Part shown: positions 51,659 to 64,000 of the stretch, piece after piece
Layout: each line of letters starts with the position of its first letter
Numbering within the stretch: the stretch's first letter is position 1
From: Eledone cirrhosa
Taxonomy: Eukaryota
Assembly: GCA_964016885.1 (NCBI GenBank)
Contig: OZ024745.1
Span: 44,578,001 to 44,642,000, forward strand
Length of the DNA stretch: 64,000 nt
Direction of reading: 5' to 3'
Program-made: the position numbers and the translations under genes
The notes under the pieces: model-generated
What the model was told of the DNA's origin: nothing
Database searches by the model: none
The model's input: the letters and a program-made list of their open reading frames with translations, nothing else

Positions 51659-52529
51659 TGTGTATATATATAGACAGACAGGTAAAAGGCATGTATATAT
51701 GAAAATAGGCATTTGTAAACATGAATTTGAGAGTGAAAAAATTAAGATGGAAACAAATCTCATATTTTTGCTTAGAGAGCAAAATGTGTTAAACATTACA
51801 TGTTAGAGACTATTGTACATGCATGTTGCGTGATATAGAAAGATCACACCCTACCACAGCCTTTAAAAACTAAGAGACAAGGAAACAATATTGTAATTTT
51901 CATATGTTCATTCTTTTTGAAGGACAATAGTAATTGATGATGATTGAAAAAGCTGAAATAGAGAATCTTAAGGTTATAGACTAACTTTACATAGAACTCA
52001 CAACAGCACTTCAACAGTTAATATAACAGTGGTAGTAGTAGAAGTAGAGATGGTAGTAATAATGGTAATAGGGGTAGTAGCAGTAGTGGTGATAATAGTA
52101 GTAGTAGTGATGGTAGTAATAGCAATAGTTGCTAATTTAGGCACAAGGCCAGCAATCTTGAGAAGAGTGGAAAGTCAATGACATCAACCCTGGAAGGATG
52201 ACAGACTAAGCTGACCATAGCAGGTTTTTAATTCAGAATGGAAAGGACCACAACTAAACATCACAAAGTATTTTGTTTGATGCTCTACTGACTCAGACAA
52301 CCTATTGACCTTGTAATAATAACAATTATTAATATTGGTGGATTACCACAATTGGTAAAGTATCATTACGATATTTATTCCGGCTCTTTATGCTCAGAAT
52401 TCAAATCCTGCTGATGTCAACTTTGCCTTTCACCCATCCAGGGTCATCAATATAACCCCCCCCCCCCATCCCCTCCTACAAATTATAGATCTTGTGTCTA
52501 AATTAAAAGTCATTATGATGGACTCATCA

Positions 52530-53005
52530 TAAGGATTGAGGACAAAAATCTTCCTCTCCGGGCAAGCCTTCATATACTTCTTCAACATCCACTGCCTTCT
52601 AGTGTATTTTCTGAAAGATGGGTGAGAATGGCTAGACTCACATGACTGAACGGACCTAATCTGACTAAGTGGAAGAAAACCCGGAAGAGGGCACTTTCAA
52701 TGCCTGTAAAGTAACAGAGTAATCCAGGGTTCAGTGTGGGGTTTCTACTTGGAATTACCCTAAAGTGAGGTCCCCCACTTTTGGGGGACTTGTCTTTGTT
52801 GATCTTTGTTATTGTTTTGTATATTACAATTTCTATTATTGTTATTCCTATGGTTTTCACTTCAGTAATATCCTCTTTATTTGAAATAAAACCCCACTTT
52901 GTGTTGTCCACAATGCTATGGGCCCTCGTGGCCAGCTTTGTGTTGTATTGTCCACAATGCCAAGGGTCCTTGTGGCCAATAAAAGAAATTATTATTATTA
53001 CTACT
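52530..53005 (+). mobile_element. Probable non-LTR retrotransposon 3' end/UTR
   Basis: GC-richer segment with a duplicated TTGTCCACAATGC..GTGGCCA motif, AATAAA and an (ATT)n tail. Confidence 0.45.
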
Positions 53006-53099
53006 ACTACCATTATTTAATGAAGAGGATTAATCAAAGCTAGTTTAATGTCTCTTAAAACAAAAGAACTAAAAAATAAAAATATCCAGCAAAACAAAA

Positions 53100-53144
<45 letters not shown>

Positions 53145-53568
53145 ATAAAAATTAAATATAAGAAACAATTCCATTGCAATGTACAACAGATTGAGATGTC
53201 ATCTGGGTCTTCATATAATTGTTTCTACTATTTGGCACAAGGCCAGCAATTACCCAGTACATGACTGGTACTTTATTTTATCAACTCCGTAAGGATGACA
53301 GGCAAAGTTAACCTCGGCGGGATTTGAACTCAGAACGGCAAGGGCCGTAACTATGCGTCAAAGCATGGCATCCGACCCTCTACCGATACTGCCAATTCCA
53401 GGTTAAAACGTATTTCAGAGACGAGAGTTGAAAGGGGGGGATGAGAGGAGAGGAACGTAATAGAGTTTCTATAATTTATGGTTTAACTCTTGAGAAGGCA
53501 CATTTGGTAAAGAGCAAGTGGTTATTAAAGCAATATGACACACATACGTAATGCCTGATGTGTGTGTG

Positions 53569-53600
<32 letters not shown>

Positions 53601-53683
53601 TACATATATTTATATATATGCACACACACACACACACATATATATATAAAGATATATAATGCATGCATGTACGTGTGTGTGTA

Positions 53684-53748
<65 letters not shown>

Positions 53749-54539
53749 CATGTATGTATGTGTGAATATGTATGCAGATATACAGACATTCATACAAACA
53801 CACACATATATATATATTGGCATATAATAATATATATATACAGGTAGATTTATATAGAATTGGTCAGCAAACTAGTTTGTTTATGGAAATACATAGGCCA
53901 AACACACAGCAATTATCTGGATTTCTAATTTGAAAATTCCATATCAGTGTATATAATAAAATTGATACAAAATATTTATTTTTTGTTGAAAATAATTATA
54001 AAATGAAAATGATTTTGACGTTTTCTAATTTGAAGATCTGTTTTAGCCAGTATATGGAAATACTGAAGTCCTTATCTGCATTTTTATTATTCTTTTTGTA
54101 AGCCATTTGTTGCGCTTTTCCTTCCTAAAAAGCACAAGGTTTTGTTTGTGTAGTATCTTAATATAATGCTTTCCTCCTCACTATTCACAATACCAATTTA
54201 TTTTTATGGCAAAGGAGTATTTTCAATTCTATTAATGCCACAAGATTGCCCTTCATCCTCTCAGGGTCGATAAATAGCAACAAAGTTAATCTTCCAGTAG
54301 TGAGATTTGAACACAAAACAATGATGACAAACTAGATACAACAAATCATCTAGTTCAATGCTCCACTGCCTTAGTCATTGACTAGATCAGCTCCTTTCTA
54401 ATAGTTGGATTGTTATGTAAATTTATATAAAGAATGGTTTGCTAAAATACTCCATCCCAAGACTGGGGTTTCAAAAGAAATGGTGGGGATGAGGAAGGGA
54501 TAAATAAATCATATGCAGATTAGAACTATTTTATAGGTA

Positions 54540-55427
54540 CCATATATACTCATGTATAAGCTGACCCTGCATCTTATTTTATGCTTGAGAAATGGGCAAA
54601 AATCCAAACTGTGTGTATAAGATGAAGCAGCTAATCAACATGTTTAGATGACATGGTTTTGTAAATTCCCATGAATGGAGAATATTTTTATGAAGCTTTA
54701 ATATTTTGATACCTAAAATGTTTTTAAAAGTGTTGTTTAGAGTATAGTTTTTGTTTCACAACTCCATTACATAATGATTTTTTATCATTTTATCTGTTTT
54801 ATAAAGCTTCAACAAGTTTCTCAAATATTTGTTTACTTTCTTTTAGCAGACGATAGCATCATCATCTGAATGTAACAGATTTTTATTTAACATACAAATC
54901 AAATGAAATGCATGTATGTATACAATATATATATATATATATATTAGTAGGTTCCTGAGTGGTGTTGGGGAGTAACCACAGTTAAAAAAGATACTCAATA
55001 CATTGGTAGACTATAGGCATCTTTATTATATATAGAAATGTCTTCTACAGGAGTAGAACTGTTTTATTTGTATGAAATCATCAGGAATGTCCTGATTTCA
55101 TACAAATGAAACAGTTTTAGTACAATAGAAATCATTTAGAGAGAGAGAGTTTACGTTTATGTGGCCGTAAGTGCATGTATGTATATCACTGTCTGTGCAT
55201 GATTATAAATTTATGTGTACCTGTATGTATCAATGTTTCAGTATATTTATAAAAGTATGTTGTAAGTTTTTATATTTATTGTAACAGTGATTTGGCAGCT
55301 TTTTAATATAGATATTGAAGTTGGCAAAATACTGACCTCAAATATAAATACCTGCCATTTTACCATCAATTTTTTTTTTTTTTGGTCACACATTTCTCGC
55401 CTTATACATGAGTATATATATATATGG
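54540..55427. mobile_element. Non-autonomous pogo/Tigger-like element with a nested insertion
   Basis: TA|CCATATATACTCATGTATAAG ... CTTATACATGAGTATATA(TA)nTGG|TA. Confidence 0.75.
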
Positions 55428-57443
55428 TATTTTTTTCTTAGTAGTATACCCAGGCCTGTCTGTAGCTGGTAATGGATCTAGGCCAAATGTGAAATGTAGG
55501 TCCCATTTCAAACTGCTTAAGTATTTTAGCAATCAGGGCTAAATACATATGATTTATGTATAGAGTATGGATATGTACATATTTACATGATGTATTTACA
55601 AGTAACAGAACTTGAGGGTCCCACTCTTGTCTGGCCTAAGTATATTAGTATGTTTAACTATATTTAACTAGGGAGTCTTGAAATAAATTATTAGTGATAT
55701 ATCAATAAAGGGACATTTTTAACTACTGGTTAAACTATGAAAGGCTCATCAAGTTGACTAAGTGTTGCAATTATTAATAAGAAAGACCAATAGTTTCACT
55801 GCTCCAACATTGGTAAATGCTAGCAGTTGTTTAAAACATGTTCAACTAATGGTGTTTCATAATTTTAAAATAAAGTGATTTAGAGAATGTCTTTCTATTC
55901 TTCTCCCTTCTCCTTTTTAATGAATAATTTCAATGCACATTACCTTGATTATCAAACACACACACACACATACACATACAAAAAGAAAAAAATGATGATT
56001 GAGATAAAAAAAAATATTTTAAAACCCAACACATGAAACAGTGAATGTGTTTTGTCCTTCATTTGACACAAAACATATCTGTGTTATGGAATTTGATGAG
56101 AATGATATTTCTGAATTGGGTGAAGATTTGAAAATTTGTGAGTATATAGTCACATTTATAAGACCAATTAAAATAAAGACTTATATTCAAATTTTCAATT
56201 GGTCCCCTTATATTTGAAGATTTACCTGATATTAATAATCATATGTTTACCTGCAATGTTACTTGAAAGTTATGTTTCCTATATAAAAACAAACAAAAAA
56301 AATGTTTAAAACTCTCACACCACCCATTTGGAAAACAAGCAGATAAAAATATTTAATTATATATTTGCTTCATTGTAAGAACTCAAGATAAAAACGTGAA
56401 GAGTTAAGATAAAATCTAGCCCCCACCAAATAAATAAAGAAACTAAATTAAAAATGACAGCAAAAAAAAGTTAAAATACACGTGGAAGATGTATTCAATA
56501 TAGCTCCACAAATTAAAATGTACACCAAGTTCTTTACCCACTTATTCCTGAGAGGTTATGGGAGTAGTAGAGTCCTCAGATACACCTTCCAAAGGGTTCT
56601 ATCAGAAGTGACCATCTCCAAATGATCCGACTAGATCCCCAAGTGAGACCAACTGAGCTTATGGATGTCATCCAACCATTTTGCTTATGGTCTACCTCTG
56701 GGTCACTAGCCAGTTGGCTTTGACCATTTGTATTTGTGATTGTATTCCTTCAGTCATTACACAGAATTCATGACCACACTGAATTGAAGAGAGCAAATTT
56801 GGCTTTTGTATCTACCCCCCCCCCCTTCTTCTCATGACCGAATGCTGAAGTTGGTGCATTATTGCACCAGCTCCTGCAATTCTTGCATTTAATTCAGCCA
56901 CGTTATACCAAGTTATAAAAACTAAGTTATAATCACAATAGCCAGTCATATAGATCATCTGGTTGAATCCAATGGGAAAATAGTAAACATTTTAATTATA
57001 AGATAAAATTAGGTTATAGTTGACTATTATCAAAAGACTCTTTGATTTCAACCATGAGTACAGAATATAGTATCACTCTTTATCTTTGTCCAATTTAAAA
57101 GTAATTTTTAACTTAAAAACTCTTAAACCTACTGTTATGAACAAAGTCACAATTCTATACTTTTATGGATCAATAATGGATTTTGCTATATAACAGATGA
57201 AAATGAAACACTAATAAAATAATTTCTAAGATTTGTTAAATTCTAACATGTAAATGAATGTTTTTGTTTCTTTTAGTTCAATGAGGCAAATGTTGACATA
57301 AAAAATAGAGAAACAAGATAGTATGCCTTTGTTTGTTGTAGTTATTGTGATAAATGGACAATGGAAAACTGATTTCAAAATTCCACCATTGCAACTACTA
57401 CTACTACATTGTTACTAATAGTAACAAAAATTGCAATGATGGT

Positions 57444-57499
<56 letters not shown>

Positions 57500-58624
57500 A
57501 CTTCACTACTGTTCATTATATAATATTATTAACAGTTATTGTACAGCAAAACAATCATCACCATTTACTTAATCCTTTCATATATACTTTAACATTCACA
57601 TTTTTGAAAAGTGAGAAATTTATAAATGTTAACTTTAGAGTTTAAAAAAAAAAATGATTTTAAAATGACAATCGGTATTTAGTGACAGGCTGTAGATATT
57701 TTAATTTAATAAAGGCCATTAAAATCATATATTTTCTGTTTTAAGGAAATCTGGCATACAATTTGTCTTACAACATGATAAACAAATTTAATAGTGAGTT
57801 GATATGATTTACCATTACAATAAATATTGAGTATATCTACTGGTTAACTGGTTGAGAGCTGTAACAGTAAAGTTGTGTGTTGTATTTAAAACATTTAATA
57901 CAGCTCTGTATAATTACCAAGTATTTACTTTAGCTTGCAAGACAATAACTCTAGTATTCAATGGAGCTAGGCCACAAAAACTGTCTTACAGCCTTATTTC
58001 TAGTAATGTTATCGTCCCCACAGCACAATGAACTCAATATGCCATTAAATTCATCCTATAAACTAAGACAATTAAGAGAAAACTATCACCCACTTCTAGA
58101 GTGAGCTGTTATACTTAGAATCTATGTGTTAATATTAAGATAATAGAAATCTATAACTCAACTAGTCCTAGTATCATTCTTACATTTATAATTCAAGCTT
58201 TTAAAAAAAACAAAAAACAAAAAAGGTTTGTGTTTAAATAGAAATATTTTTGTTTATATAAAAGTGGAAGTATATATCAATATTGGAATATTTCTCAATA
58301 TGTATGAATTACATGCATAGAGAAAATTTCTGTATAAATAAGTATTCTCCTACAACTAATTACATAATGTCACCTGAACCCCTCATTTTCCATATCACCA
58401 TTTTATATCTACTTTCCATGCTGACATGGGTTGGACAGGTTGTTACAGTTTAAGATCAGATGAGTCTGAGTGACCTCATATTGCTCATGTTCTATATTTA
58501 GCATGGTTTTTACAGTTGAATGCCCTTTTTAATGCCAACCACCTTACAGGGTGTACTGAGTGCATTTTATTGTAGCTCCAGCAATAGTGGTTGTCAAATG
58601 GTCATTTGACAACCCTTATTATTT

Positions 58625-58816
58625 TGGTGGATTGGCAGTATCAGTAGAGGGTCTGACGCCATGCTTTGCAGCATAGAGTTACGGCCCTTTACGTTCAGAG
58701 TTCAAATCCCACTGAGGTTAACTTTGCCTTTCATCCTTACGGGGGTCGATAGAATAAAGTACCAGTAATACACTGAGATGATTGCTGGCCTTGTGCCAAA
58801 AGTAGAAACAATTATT
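58625..58816 (+). mobile_element. Full-length tRNA-derived SINE
   Basis: GGTGGATTGGCAGTATC...GAGTTCAAATCCC...TTGTGCCAAAAGTAGAAACAATTATT. Confidence 0.85.
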
Positions 58817-60126
58817 GTTAGTTATGAAGATGAAGAATTCACATATGTTCTATGGCCAAATGCAGCAGTGAAAGCATTTATTATATTTGTTGTCAATACT
58901 AACTTACAACAGGAGAAAAGGTAAAGAAATGATCTATGAACTAATATGAACATTGATAGTTTGCTTAAAGAAACAAGACTAAGACAAAACCATATTAAAC
59001 AGAATTTGAAAAAGCCACTGGGATGTTAAAAAACAATTCTTTACAATGGGGAGAGATGACACATTTTTCAATTTATCTTATATTCCAGCTATTAGTATAA
59101 TAGGGATTAAAAAGATGCAAAATGCTTCCTGCAATTTTCTAACTAAATATATTTAGTTAAATTAAATTATTACTATTGATGATGAAAAGGATATGAAAAT
59201 AGCAAAAATAAATTTTAATCTTTTTGATGCTAAACCAATATAAAGCTGCCCCTGGTTCTAATGATACAAAGCTGTTTGTTTTTAAGATTTTGTATTTATC
59301 TAAAACCCTTCCATCATAATTCTATGAAGAAAAATTGTTAAGTTATGCTCTAAACACCAGTTTAATAATCAGAAAGTTAGTTATATTACTAAATTCCTTC
59401 AAAATCTTGGTTATTTTTTCAATGATTAGAAAATCATAAGCAGTGTCTTTCACTTAAATATGGCAAAGAAAGGGGTAATACATCTCGATCACAAAGTTTA
59501 AAGAGAAAAAAGCAAGGCAGGGCAATGAAATGATAATGATATAAGAGCATCAGTATACATAAAAATACATCTATATCCATACTGACATCCTTGAAAACCA
59601 GGCATACTCCACAATGTTCCATCAGAGATCACTCACTCTCCTTAAAGACACCACTCCTTCTCTTAGCAAGCAACACATAGCCTACCCCAATGCACTCTAT
59701 CACTGCCTTCCCAGCCTAATGTTAAAAAGTGGTAGCACTGCTTCCATGATAAAATACATCCAGCCCACACAATAAAACAGTAGTCCACCTTGTCAGGTGG
59801 TAATGGCAGGACCAAGATAAAATTCACTCGGTACACTGAAGTGGTTGGCATTAGTAAGGACATACAGCTATGGAACCCATGCCAGATTTGAATGTTTAAG
59901 CAAGACGTAGTTATCTGATATATCTGGCCTCAAAACGTGACAACCCATTCAATCCATGCAGGCATAGAAAATAGACACAAAATGGTGATGTTGATGACTT
60001 CATACATGCATATATTTGTATTTATAAAAGCACAGAAAGAATATCCAGAAACAATCTAATTTTGTTCTTTAGCTGAATAAAGCTGAGAATATTTGTTTCC
60101 ATTCCCATAGAAAATGGTTTATTTAA

Positions 60127-60333
60127 CCCTTTCACCATATTTCTCATGCATATGATTTTCAAATAATTAAAAATTTGTGTGGATTTTGTAATATAACAAA
60201 CATTAGTAAACTGATGTTTGGAACATAAAGGTTCTTATATAATATTAGAATGGAAACTTTTGAGATAACTATAAACACTTAAAAACAAACACTTTTGTAC
60301 CATAGAAACAGGGGCAGTTTGGTATGATAATGG
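60127..60333. mobile_element. Degenerate piggyBac-type MITE
   Basis: TTAA|CCCTTT...ATGG|TTAA; related pieces at ~15635, 22810, 44630 and 59220. Confidence 0.55.
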
Positions 60334-61447
60334 TTAATAGTGTAATTAAGTAGAACAGAAGCTTTTTTTTTAAGAATCATCACCAGGATAATTCTTAAAG
60401 TGAGTTCTGCTTACTATTAAACTGGTTTATTCTATGTTGACTTAACATTAGACATTATGTTATCAGTCACTGCAATCTACCCACACTAGCACCCATGACA
60501 TTATACTGTTGTCATCCTGCTTTACCGATTGTCAATTATGCATGATATCATATGCATCATTTTCCCCATTCCCACCCCAATAGGGTAAGGAAGGCTCTCC
60601 AGTTGTGTTTATGACTGACAACCACCTTAGTGTTGGGTCCATGATAAAACACAACCATTATTGTGTAAGATGGTTAATAGGAAGGACATCTAATTGTAAA
60701 AACCAAGCTAAAAACAGGGCCAAGAGGGCTCTTGAGCTGTGTCAAGGACGTGATGACCTCTTTAGTGCTGGTGCCATGATACAATGCACAGCACACTGTT
60801 GAATGCAGGAAGGTATGTGAGTGAGATGAGGTCCCAGCCCATCTGAGGTCAGTGGCTCCAATTAAGTACTGACTTGGTCTGTGATGACCAGTCTAACCCT
60901 TGCTAGCAGGGAAAATGGACATTAAATGATGATGATGAAACAATGGGGGAAAAAATAAACTCAGAAAAAAGATTAAGCTTTGCCAGATACTGAATAATTT
61001 CAGAGAAACAAACTGAATTATATAACAGAAATACAACCTAATTAATAGTCTGTTAGGCACAATAATACATAAAAATTTACACACACACATTCAATGTATG
61101 CCAAAGCAAGATAAGTTATGTTCTTAGCATTTAATGGCTGAACTATCCTGCCTAAATTGAAACGGTATCCTGAAATGGAACAGTTACAGATTTTCTAAAT
61201 ATTCAGTCTTAATTACACAAATATACAGCATTAGTAAAAGAATTTGTTTCTACAGCCAATTAGCTGAGAAGTTTATCAACTAACCATTATGAGTGGTAAG
61301 CAGCTAACTACAACTAACATAAATATTAAGAACTAGTAGCTAAACATGACTGCTTAGCTCTCAGTTTATATTTCAACACAGTGGAAGTAGAATTTGATGT
61401 AAAAGTCTAAATCCCTTATCTTCAACTAATTAACTTCCTGAAAACTA

Positions 61448-62043
61448 CAGGGCGAGTCATAAGTAACAGGACAGTCAATGCATTTTTATTGCAAGGTTCA
61501 CATAACTTTTTGAACATTCACTTATTTGTGTGAGATCAGCCATGTTTTGTACATGATTTACTGCCAAGGTTTACAAAATGGCCACATGCTCATGAGATGT
61601 GGTTCCACCAAGATGGCACACTTCCTCATTACAGCATTGTTGCATGCAAATGGTTTGATGAACTCTTCCCATGTAGATGGATTAGACACCATGGTCCTAT
61701 CGAGTATTCTCCTCAATCTCCTGATCTTACACCTCTTGACTTTATTACTTGGGGTGTACTGAAGAATTCAGTCTCTCTTAAAAAACTGAGAAGTTTTCAG
61801 TAGCTTAAAGCAAGGTAGTGAATTCTTGTGCAGAAATCAATGTCAACTTGTGTCAACATTTATGTTATTCTGTTCCTGATAAAACTTAAATTTATTGAGG
61901 AACAGGGTCAGCTTTTTGAACATTTAGTTTAATTATATATTTTAACTACTTTTGTTTAATATATTTATAATTTTGTACTACATAACCAGAATTTTAGTAA
62001 ATATTATAGTTTGGAATATAAATCGTACTTATGACTCACCCTG
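61448..62043 (+). mobile_element. Internally deleted Tc1/mariner transposon of the DD41D (rosa/Visitor) type
   Basis: TA TSD; 18-bp TIR CAGGGCGAGTCATAAGTA / TACTTATGACTCACCCTG; remnant WFHQDG...SPDLTPLDF with 41 residues counted between the last two catalytic Asp. Confidence 0.88.
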
Positions 62044-64000
62044 TATATATATATTTAATTCCTTTTAAGACAATCAAAATAAACAAAAAGAAAAAAAAAA
62101 TTAAATAATGAATAAAAGGGAAAGGTGGGGTGGGCTCTACACCCATAGCTTTGGCAGTAGTGTTTCTCTAGCTGAAGAATTAAGAAAGCATTTTTTTTTT
62201 TTTTTAACTGGTTACAATTTATTGTAGCTTCTTTAGGAAGAGTATTATGTAATATCTACAACTAGGTGAACCAAAGAATGATCTGGAATATATAAAAAAA
62301 ATAATTATGGGGTGGAGAAATTTGGGTTCATTCCAGCATAGTTTGGAAAACAATCTACTTCTTATGAAACAGATTACTAAACAAAAAAAAAACATGAAAA
62401 AATAAAATATTGTTTTCTAATGTTGACAATGCCAGCGGGGGTGGGGGGTGTCAATATTATATCAACACCAGTACTTTATTAGTACTTTATTTTATTGACC
62501 GCCAAAAGGATAAAAGACAAAGTTGACCTCGGCAGGATTTGAACTCAGAAAACAGAAAATCACAACAAATACCACAAAGTATTTTCTCTAAATAATTCTT
62601 ATTTCTGTTATACTAAATTCTTTGGTGAATCAATGGCTATTGATGGATTGGACGGAGATACAGAATAGCTTTATCTATTGTTTCAACAAAGATATATAAT
62701 TCTAGTTTTACAGCAAATCTGGAAAATTATCAATACAAAATCCAGAGAAAGGGGAAAGATGATGAAGTCATATATGAAGGAGAAATATTGACTCTAAACA
62801 AAAAAATATATAAACATTTCAAGTACAGCTAATAAGTCTGTAAAACAGCCATGGCAAAGAATTCTTCAACATGCAACAAGAAATGTTGCATAAATTGTGT
62901 TCTTGTTACAATATCTAGTGCAAGTTATGAATATGGAGAGATTCTAACAATTAACTAAATTGGTCACACTTCAATATTTAAGCACCACTTCTTCAGAGGT
63001 GAATATTCATAGTTATTTGTAGAAATGATTGTTTAAATATATGCAAACTAGTTGAGGAGCAAATAGAATCAGTTACAAACATTGATCATATTTAAGAGAG
63101 TGATATCAATATTATTTAAGCGGTTATATTATTACTATTCTAACTACTCAATTATTTTGTAAACATGGAGTTTGAGCAATTAACTAATTTCCTGGGTTGG
63201 TTTCAGAGCTTTAGCTCTCAATGGAATACAATAAGCAAAATCAAATATGAAAATCCATCTAGGAGCACAAAGATAACAGAGAATAACAAGATTAAATAGG
63301 TTAGACCCCTAACAAAGAACACCAATCAACACCAACTTCAAGTTAGAGGCAAAATCATGTGAATTACCTCCTCGTTTAAAACAGTAAAGCTTCGATCTTT
63401 ATCTCTATTGCAGATCATTATCAGGATAGGGTTCCGATTAAGTTGCGACCTGTCCAATCCTTGATAGCAGCGAAAATGGACATTAAATAGTGATGATGAT
63501 GGGCCAAGCTAGAAATATCTAGTTAATAAAATCTTTCTTACATAAAAATGAAAATTAATTTTAAGACAACTAAAAAGTCCATCAAGTACTACAATGAGTT
63601 AAACTAAATGGGAGATGAAACAATAAAATTAGATCACAAGCATACTACTGAGAGAGGAAATTCTCAAATTATTTGAATGTTTTAGACTGAGCACACATAA
63701 AATAGACCAAATAGTATATATCAAGAGTTCTCCATACAATTTTGAAACAAATTTTTTTCTCTTCACGAACACTACAACTGCTTCCAGTGATGTTTTTTTT
63801 TATAATCATAAAACCTCTTATAGAAAGAAGCTTCTCTTTGGTAAGAGTAATAACAAAAACTTAGTAATGGAGACCAGTGAAGATTTCTTTAGCAGTAAAC
63901 ATCCAAAGTAGTTGCTACAGTTATTTTTAAAGTTTAAGCCTGAGTAATTTCAGTTGAAAGTAAATTTAGATACAAGCAAGCAGAAAGCAACATTTTTATA

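Overview
Eukaryotic, AT-rich, repeat-dense genomic DNA. The SINE and RTE-LINE families suggest an octopod cephalopod (inference, not verified). Two spliced minus-strand genes could be assembled by hand with GT-AG introns and consistent phases: mitochondrial tRNA-modification GTPase GTPBP3/MnmE (8 coding exons, 33497->15089, 550 aa) and, about 3.9 kb downstream, the NEDD8-specific protease SENP8/NEDP1 (6 coding exons, 11231->2048, 215 aa). The rest is tRNA-derived SINEs, decayed RTE/CR1/CRE LINE pieces, Tc1-mariner/pogo/hAT/piggyBac-type MITEs, mini- and microsatellites, a solo LTR, and a young non-autonomous LTR element in GTPBP3 intron 1 whose LTR ends carry stacked primer-binding-site-like motifs. 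No gene could be supported in 37-64 kb. I found no clearly novel multi-gene system; the findings are mostly mobile-element and RNA-structure oddities.
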